Source of the DNA: an uncultured Chromatiaceae bacterium
GTDB taxonomy: Bacteria > Pseudomonadota > Gammaproteobacteria > Tenderiales > Tenderiaceae
Assembly (NCBI GenBank): GCA_947259785.1
Contig: CAMYNQ010000002.1
Location: 1-63,912, forward strand
Direction: 5' to 3'
Length of the DNA stretch: 63,912 bases
Shown: piece by piece, positions 57,646-63,912 of the stretch
Position numbering within the stretch: the stretch's first letter is position 1
How the letters are laid out: each line of letters begins with the position of its first letter
Notes under the pieces: model-generated
Database searches by the model: none
Told to the model about the DNA's origin: nothing
Seen by the model: the letters and a program-made list of their open reading frames with translations, nothing else
Position numbers and translations under genes: made by a program

Positions 57646-58665
57646 ATGAAAACCAAAATTATCAACACGCTCGAAATGACTGGTCTCTCATGGCTGGTGC
57701 CCGTGGTGCGTTTGAGCAGCGGAGAAAATCCACGTGACCAACTCAACGAAATGATGACAGTGATTGGTCTGCCGCTGATCGCCATCGCCGCCTTTTTGTT
57801 TATCTGGGCCGGTGCCGCTGCCCAGGTTAAAACCAGCCTGGGTGAACTGCCGGGTCCGAGTCAGGTATGGCAACAGGCCCAAGGCTTGTATGAAGAACAC
57901 CTGGCCGAGCGTGAAAAAGAGGCGGCCTTTTATGAACGCCAGGAACAACGCAATGCCAAGAAACTGGCCAAGAACCCTGATGCTGAAATCAAGGTGCGTG
58001 ATTATACCGGTCGCGACACGTTTATCGACCAAATATGGACCAGCTTGGGCACTGTCTTTACAGGATTCTTTTTTGGCGCACTGATTGCCATTCCCATCGG
58101 TGTCGCCTGTGGTCTGAGCCAAAAACTCTATGGCGCCATCAGTCCACTGGTGCAGATATTCAAACCCGTATCACCACTGGCCTGGCTCCCCATCGTGACC
58201 ATGATTGTTAGTGCTGTTTACATCACTGACGATCCTATGTTCGAAAAGGCCTTTATTACCTCGGCCATCACGGTGACGCTGTGTTCGCTGTGGCCAACGC
58301 TGATTAACACGGCTGTCGCTGTCGCCTCAATCGACAAAGACTTGATCAATGTTGGCCGTGTGATTCGTCTGCATTGGTTAACTCAGGTATTCAAAATTGC
58401 CATCCCCGCTGCACTGCCAATGATCTTTACTGGCCTGCGTATCTCACTGGGTATCGGCTGGATGGTATTGATTGCCGCTGAGATGCTGGCGCAAAACCCA
58501 GGCCTGGGCAAGTTCGTCTGGGATGAATTCCAGAATGGCAGTTCCAATTCCCTGGGCCGCATCATGGTCGCGGTGATTAGCATAGGCCTGATTGGTTTCT
58601 TGTTGGACTGGATGATGATGACACTGCAAAAAGTGTTGTCACATGACAAGACTGCAGGTGCTTAA
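57646..58665 (+). CDS. nrtB: Nitrate ABC transporter permease
   Basis: PVSPLAWLP, WPTLINT, FTGLRISLGIGWMVLIAAEML, GLGKFVWDE. Confidence 0.9.
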   Translation: MKTKIINTLEMTGLSWLVPVVRLSSGENPRDQLNEMMTVIGLPLIAIAAFLFIWAGAAAQVKTSLGELPGPSQVWQQAQGLYEEHLAEREKEAAFYERQEQRNAKKLAKNPDAEIKVRDYTGRDTFIDQIWTSLGTVFTGFFFGALIAIPIGVACGLSQKLYGAISPLVQIFKPVSPLAWLPIVTMIVSAVYITDDPMFEKAFITSAITVTLCSLWPTLINTAVAVASIDKDLINVGRVIRLHWLTQVFKIAIPAALPMIFTGLRISLGIGWMVLIAAEMLAQNPGLGKFVWDEFQNGSSNSLGRIMVAVISIGLIGFLLDWMMMTLQKVLSHDKTAGA

Positions 58666-58756
58666 TTGCCTAAGGGTAAAAGTGTCAATTAAAAAAATAT
58701 GTAGTGCGGATTTCAGCCGCCCTACAAGATGATCAAAGAGATTAGAGGGCAACACA

Positions 58757-59620
58757 ATGTCAGTAGTACAAATGTTGAAAACAGAAGCAATAGTTGATGA
58801 GGCTATGGACAAGCCAAGAGAACACTACCAGCGAGCGTTCCTTGATCTCAGCGGAATCTCAATTGAGTTCCCCACCAAAAAGGGGCCATTCAAAGCGCTG
58901 GACAACGTCAACCTGAAGATTGCCAAGGGTGAGTTTGTTTCCATTATTGGTCACTCCGGTTGCGGTAAATCAACGGTTTTGAACATCGTTGCCGGTCTTT
59001 ACAAGGCGACAACCGGTGGTGTGATTCTTAACGGTAAAGAGGTGGACGAACCCGGGCCTGATCGGGCAGTAGTGTTTCAGAATCATTCACTGTTGCCATG
59101 GCTGACCTGTTATCAGAATGTTGAGATTGCGGTGAAGGCCATCTTTAAGGGCAAAAAGAGCAAACTTGAGATGAAGCAGTGGATTGAACACAATCTGCAC
59201 CTTGTGCACATGGATCATGCCATGCACAAATATCCGGCTGAAATTTCTGGCGGCATGAAACAGCGTATCGGTATTGCCCGGGCATTGGCGATGGAGCCAA
59301 CGGTACTGCTGATGGATGAGCCTTTTGGTGCCCTGGACGCCCTGACCCGTGCCCATCTGCAAGATTCGGTGATGGAGATTCAGGCTGATCTTAATAGCAC
59401 CGTCATCATGATTACCCATGATGTCGATGAGTCTGTGTTGTTGTCAGACAAAATTGTGATGATGACAAATGGCCCGGCGGCAACGGTTGGCGAGGTATTG
59501 AACATCGAGTTGGAACGGCCGCGTAATCGGTTGGAACTGGCAGATGACCCGCAATACAACAAATATCGCGCCGAGGTGTTGAAGTTTCTTTATGAGCGTC
59601 AACGTCGACCACAGGAGTAG
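58757..59620 (+). CDS. Nitrate ABC transporter ATP-binding protein (NrtC/NrtD type)
   Basis: GHSGCGKST, PGPDRAVVFQNHSLLPW, ISGGMKQR, LMDEPFGALD, ITHDVDE, MMTNGP.A. Confidence 0.92.
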   Translation: MSVVQMLKTEAIVDEAMDKPREHYQRAFLDLSGISIEFPTKKGPFKALDNVNLKIAKGEFVSIIGHSGCGKSTVLNIVAGLYKATTGGVILNGKEVDEPGPDRAVVFQNHSLLPWLTCYQNVEIAVKAIFKGKKSKLEMKQWIEHNLHLVHMDHAMHKYPAEISGGMKQRIGIARALAMEPTVLLMDEPFGALDALTRAHLQDSVMEIQADLNSTVIMITHDVDESVLLSDKIVMMTNGPAATVGEVLNIELERPRNRLELADDPQYNKYRAEVLKFLYERQRRPQE

Positions 59621-59647
59621 TGGGTGATTTAAATTCTGTAGTCGCCC

Positions 59648-60905
59648 CACTAGTGTCCCGTTAAGAAATAAATGAAGAGGCCTGATTCAATCTTGAATTA
59701 GCACAATAGATTTATCACAACTCATTGACACCAAAAGAAGAGTCAGGCCATAGCACATAATAATGTGTTGATTTCTAACTACTAAGACATGAATTCGAAA
59801 GCCTGGCAAAACAACATCATTCAGGGCGAGCATTCTGTAAAGCCCCGTGCTGGTCACAGTTTGTGACGATGATAGTAGCTCAGCTTTGAGGCCGGAACAG
59901 TCTTCGTGATACGGTTGAGGGCCTGTCATCCCAGGCCCATCGCCTCTATCATTTGGGTTGCAGTAAGTTGTCTCGATCAAACCTATCGCGAATCAATGTC
60001 CCCCCCTATGAGCTGTCCCAAGCGCTCTTCGGTAAACTGTTGGCACGTTGCCAATCAATGGCGCCCGGGATGGGTTTCGTTTCAAAAACAAATTGATCTC
60101 CCTGGATGCATCGACGATTGACCTATATTTAGAGGTGGTTCCCTGGGCACGTTTTCGCAGCACCAAGGGGGCTGTGAAACTGTATATCGGTCTGAACCAT
60201 GACGGCTATCTGCCGGAGTTCATTAAAATCACGGATGGTAAAACCAGTGATATTGCCGCAGTGCCTAGCTTTGCCTTTCCCAAAGGAAGCAGCGTCGTTT
60301 GTGACCGGGGATACAATGACTGTTCATAATATAACAAATTGAAAACAAAGGGTTTTTTTATATTTAACACGTCAGAAAAGCACTGCTAAATACCGGGTTG
60401 TGGAGCGTTGAGAAGTTTGCATGAAGCAAAGGCTAAGCAGTGACCAGACAATAAGATTTACCGGTGTTCAGACGCAGAAGAAATATCTTGCCCCAATCCG
60501 TCGAATTGGCTATCGATGCCCTGAGGTAGACAGACGCTATATCTTTTTAACCAATAACTTCTCCCTATCGGCTCACACTATCACGAATATCTATAAGTTA
60601 CGCTGGCAGGTGGAGCTTTTTTCAAATAGCTAAAACAAAACCTGAAAATTAAACGTTTTGTCGGCACCACGAGAAATGCCGTGATGACACAGGTTTGGAT
60701 TGCCATGTGCGCCTATCGGCTGATCGCCTTCATCAAGTTGCAATCAAAGGTTGGAAAAAGCATGCAGCAGACACTCCGGCTATACCTGCTTAATCTATTG
60801 GTGAAAATCGTGAGCTATTCTCATTCTTGCAAGGTGCCCCGCCTATGATCAAAGTGAGGACACGAGACAAGTGGAATTTTGGTCAAAGTTAACGGGATAC
60901 CAGTG
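59648..60905 (+). mobile_element. Degenerate IS4-family element (transposase in fragments)
   Basis: Terminal IRs CACTAGTGTCCCGTTAA / TTAACGGGATACCAGTG (15/17); fragments LDASTIDL...WARFR.TKGAVKL, DRGY, FLTN...IYK.RWQVELF; many stops. Confidence 0.85.
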
Positions 60906-61123
60906 ATTTAATAAACACCGTTATCAATCGCATCATGATCACCAATATTGGGTTTGAAGTTTCTTCGAGAAAGGTGATTAAGTCACATACAACTGCCTTG
61001 CTCCTATTTATATTAAAGGAAATAGCCAAAAACGTATAAGTCAAAACAGGGCTATGTAAAGAAATATGCAGGTGAAAAGGTATGGAAACTAAATTTCTAA
61101 CTTAGCAACGAGGAAAACTTCAA

Positions 61124-61684
61124 ATGTATAAAAAGCTATTGGCAATCACTGTGAGTTCGTTGGCACTAAACATGAGTGCGAGTGCTGAAGAAAAGGACTG
61201 GAACTGGTTTGCGGGTGCCGATGACGACTATGTGATGGAATCGACGGCGTCAATTTTGGTGGGCAGTATGTCACCCACAGACGGTATCTCAGGCAATATC
61301 ACGGGTATTGAACTTGCGTTTAACTGCCCACTGCTGCAACCTCCAGCAAATAAAATACGTCAACAACTAAGCTATGCCCAATACGATGAGGACGGTACAG
61401 AAGTGACTAGCATTGAGATCAATCCTCACTATGTCACTGAGATTAGTCCCGGTCTATCTATTGGCGCTGGTCCAGGGCTAGGCTACGTTTCCGTTGATAA
61501 TGCCGTCAAAGATACCAGTTTGTTCGCACTACAAGTTGGTGGCAGCTTGCATTACAAGGTATCAGATCCTTTGTTTTTAGGGGCCGATGTGCGCTATCAA
61601 TTGACAAATAACAAGAACCTTGGCGGATCAATACAAGGTATGGATAACTGGGGCGTTGCGCTCAAAGCTGGAGTTAATTTCTAA
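61124..61684 (+). CDS. Small outer-membrane beta-barrel protein
   Basis: Signal peptide (ASA), amphipathic strands, C-terminal KAGVNF. Confidence 0.7.
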   Translation: MYKKLLAITVSSLALNMSASAEEKDWNWFAGADDDYVMESTASILVGSMSPTDGISGNITGIELAFNCPLLQPPANKIRQQLSYAQYDEDGTEVTSIEINPHYVTEISPGLSIGAGPGLGYVSVDNAVKDTSLFALQVGGSLHYKVSDPLFLGADVRYQLTNNKNLGGSIQGMDNWGVALKAGVNF

Positions 61685-61890
61685 TGATGAATATAGATCG
61701 CATTGTTTTCGCCTTTGCCGGTACAGTGGTATTGGCTAGTTTGGCTTTGAGTCACTTCCACTCAGTCAATTGGCTATGGTTGACGGCCTTTGTTGGCGCT
61801 AACATGTTTCAGGCGGCATTCACTGGCTTTTGTCCACTGGCAAAAATTCTTAAATTCCTAGGTAATAAACCTGGTGCAGCATTTGGCTAG
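61684..61890 (+). CDS. DUF2892/YgaP-family membrane protein
   Basis: [25 protein letters not shown]. Confidence 0.85.
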   Translation: MMNIDRIVFAFAGTVVLASLALSHFHSVNWLWLTAFVGANMFQAAFTGFCPLAKILKFLGNKPGAAFG

Positions 61891-61976
61891 GATTAAGTAC
61901 CACCTGGTCATTACTGAATGGCAAGTTTGTTTGATGTCACCGTTCATTTCGTCAATCTACTAAAGAGGACATTACA

Positions 61977-62336
61977 ATGAAAAAACTAATAATTGTTTCT
62001 GCATTTGCCTGTTTCTTGATTGTCCCGACACCTGCAATATTGGCCGACAGCGATAACCAGACACAGTCTCAAAATCAGGAAGGAATCTACGGTAGCCAGC
62101 TGATGACAGCAGAAGAGCGCAATGAATATCGAAAAAAGATACGCTCCGCCAAAACCGCTAAAGAAAGAGAACAAATTCGCAACGAACATCATCAACTGAT
62201 GCTGAAAAGAGCTAAACAGCAGGGCGTAACCATACCGGATAAACCGCCTGCGATGGGCGCTCATCGTGGCATGCAATCTGAAGGGGCCATGAGGCCAAGA
62301 GGTGGCATGGGCCCCGGCGGGGGACAAGGTCGCTAA
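61977..62336 (+). CDS. Small periplasmic helical protein with Gly/Met-rich tail
   Basis: Signal peptide, YGSQLMT.EER.EYR..R...T..ERE..R.EHH..M..RA. Confidence 0.7.
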   Translation: MKKLIIVSAFACFLIVPTPAILADSDNQTQSQNQEGIYGSQLMTAEERNEYRKKIRSAKTAKEREQIRNEHHQLMLKRAKQQGVTIPDKPPAMGAHRGMQSEGAMRPRGGMGPGGGQGR

Positions 62337-62464
62337 GCGCCGAAGCTTTATATTTTGTTCTGCCAAGGCTGGTCAGGGGTTCCCACTCGGCGAAACCATA
62401 ACCGTTAATGAAACAGCCTTGGCTAAATAAACCAAATCAGATTCATCAAGTCAGGAGAATTAAT

Positions 62465-63061
62465 ATGCTACTGAAAGCTGGTATTTCTACTCTCGTTTTA
62501 TCCCTGGGTATGACCTTTGCAAACATGAGTTCAAGCGTCGCCGACAGCAGCCCTCAACACCAAGCCGCTGCGAAAACCAGCCAGGAGTTTGTTCAGCAAC
62601 TGGGGCGTACCATGAAAGCTGAGATGAAGAGTAACGGTCCAGTGGTCGCCATAAAGGTTTGTAGCGAAATGTCGCCAAAGATGGCAGGCGACATTTCTCG
62701 CCAAAAAGGCTGGAAAGTCACTCGTGTAGGCACCCGTGTGCGCAATCCCATGCTTGCCACGCCAGATGCATGGGAACAAAAGGTGTTGGCTCAGTTTCAG
62801 GCTCGTGCCAATAGCGGCGAATCATTTCAAAATATGGCTTACTCAGAATGGGTCGATGAGCCCAACGGAAAACATTTTCGTTTCATGAAGGCCATTGGCG
62901 TGAAACCAGGATGCCTGACCTGTCATGGCAGCCAATCAGACATTCCAGAAGCAGTGAAGTCCATACTGCGCGAACGTTATCCCCATGACCAGGCGACTGA
63001 TTATAAGGTAGGCGACCTGAGGGGTGCAGTCAGCATTAAACAGCCGTCCAATAAGATGTAA
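62465..63061 (+). CDS. DUF3365/Tll0287-like c-type haem protein
   Basis: SD AGGAG; signal peptide; GPV.AI.VC, RNP...PDAWE, CLTCHG, YP.D.A..YKVGDLRGA.S. Confidence 0.88.
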   Translation: MLLKAGISTLVLSLGMTFANMSSSVADSSPQHQAAAKTSQEFVQQLGRTMKAEMKSNGPVVAIKVCSEMSPKMAGDISRQKGWKVTRVGTRVRNPMLATPDAWEQKVLAQFQARANSGESFQNMAYSEWVDEPNGKHFRFMKAIGVKPGCLTCHGSQSDIPEAVKSILRERYPHDQATDYKVGDLRGAVSIKQPSNKM

Positions 63062-63099
63062 CTATTTTGTTAACACGCTAGCAAGATACTCTTGAAACT

Positions 63100-63121
63100 T
63101 TGCCGGGTATTTCCCCGGCAA
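63100..63121 (+). terminator. Hairpin after the DUF3365 gene
   Basis: TTGCCGGG-TATTTC-CCCGGCAA. Confidence 0.5.
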
Positions 63122-63339
63122 TACATTAGATCCGGCGCCAGAATCAGTAATTATGGCTGGATAACGGGGTATTAAAATCAGCTAAGAAAGTTTTTCTATA
63201 TAAAGCAACGATGGAACAAATTTTTCCAGTTTTGACTTGCCAGGCCATGGATATCCGTAATGCTTTCTTTCAACCCAATAATTTATTGCGTCAAGGAACG
63301 GATCAAAGCAATGAAAATAAGCAAAGATTGTATGATTAT

Positions 63340-63510
63340 CGTGGCTTCGTAAAAAATAATTTTTGGAGCAGAAGATCCGTATCTGAATAAATCAGCTGCG
63401 CAAGGGTTTCACGATCTATTTCTAAATACAATACTTTCATTAATCGATCAGGCTGCTCATTTTTTTCAACTAGACAGACCCAACCGGTTAGCAGAAGAAA
63501 TCTTAAGTCC
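63340..63510 (+). pseudogene. C-terminal remnant of an alpha/beta hydrolase
   Basis: Hand translation across frameshifts: IIFGAEDPYLN...LIDQAAHFFQLD.P..LAEEI (acid and His motifs). Confidence 0.45.
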
Positions 63511-63634
63511 GATAAAGCATAATTATATTTCTGAAGCCGTATTTCTTATTAGATCCAGGAGGCGTTTGCCCTGATGATGCGAACGTATAAACTATAGGGC
63601 AATGATTCATCATCAAATCTGAGGTAGCAGCGTC

Positions 63635-63912
63635 ATAAATTATTACCTGAAAATATTGTTTATGCTGGTGGCATTGCATCCTGTAAGCATACAGGCACAA
63701 GAAATGTCGTTTCCTAGCACCAGGCCAACATCACTGGACGCATCCCTCAACAAAGAAATTGACCATGAAAAGGGGTTGCCGGCTACGGAGATCCGGGCAG
63801 AGCGGGCTTTCGCAGTAACTAGTGACGAAAAGACCGCGGAACATCCTTTCTATGGCCACGGCAGTAAGATGGGGTTTGCTGTGGATGGCATACAGGGCAA
63901 GGAATTGGTGCT
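63635..63912 (+). CDS. Partial exported protein running off the window (start codon uncertain)
   Basis: Stop-free frame from 63623 to the end: signal-like NYYLKILFMLVALHPVSIQA, then KTAEHPFYGHGSKMGFAVDGIQGKELV; SD GAGGT precedes ATA at 63635. Confidence 0.45.
   Translation, partial: MNYYLKILFMLVALHPVSIQAQEMSFPSTRPTSLDASLNKEIDHEKGLPATEIRAERAFAVTSDEKTAEHPFYGHGSKMGFAVDGIQGKELV

Overview
Chromosomal segment of a gammaproteobacterium (sigma54/NtrC, LexA CTG-N10-CAG box, fabAB, epmAB; probably aquatic/marine, inferred from gene content). 1-24.2 kb is mostly core genome: a frameshifted TonB-dependent receptor plus ABC-type binding protein, trmO, fabA-fabB, rlmKL, a vWA/acidic-repeat gene pair, epmB-efp-epmA, PilZ, psd, pncC-thpR-recA-recX-alaS-lysC-csrA, tRNA-Ser(GCT) and tRNA-Arg(ACG). 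24.2-39.2 kb looks like a decayed, integrase-less island at tRNA-Arg, bounded by a degenerate 21-bp copy of the tRNA 3' end. It carries a truncated IS3, an ArdA-like remnant, an ArsR-CDF-SCO-methyltransferase cassette and a 3425-aa surface protein with 16 x 111-aa repeats, whose internal GlyGly-CTERM-like anchor is followed by a second signal peptide and a beta-barrel (possible polyprotein). 39-49 kb holds a lipase, a GGDEF pseudogene, a PQQ/sorbosone-type dehydrogenase and yeaG-yeaH-spoVR. 49.3-59.6 kb is a nitrogen-regulated cluster with four sigma54 promoters. It includes nasT, an alginate-export-family porin and nrtABC, the latter two under ANTAR antitermination leaders. The strongest candidate for an undescribed system is the three-gene operon at its start: a NirB-like NADH/FAD/[2Fe-2S] module fused to a predicted di-haem-b membrane domain, an ~11-haem cytochrome c with an HAO-like half apparently lacking the catalytic haem, and a DUF3365 monohaem lipoprotein. 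The window ends with an IS4 remnant, a small OMP/DUF2892/periplasmic/DUF3365 cluster and gene fragments. All family calls are by eye from motifs; no searches were run.
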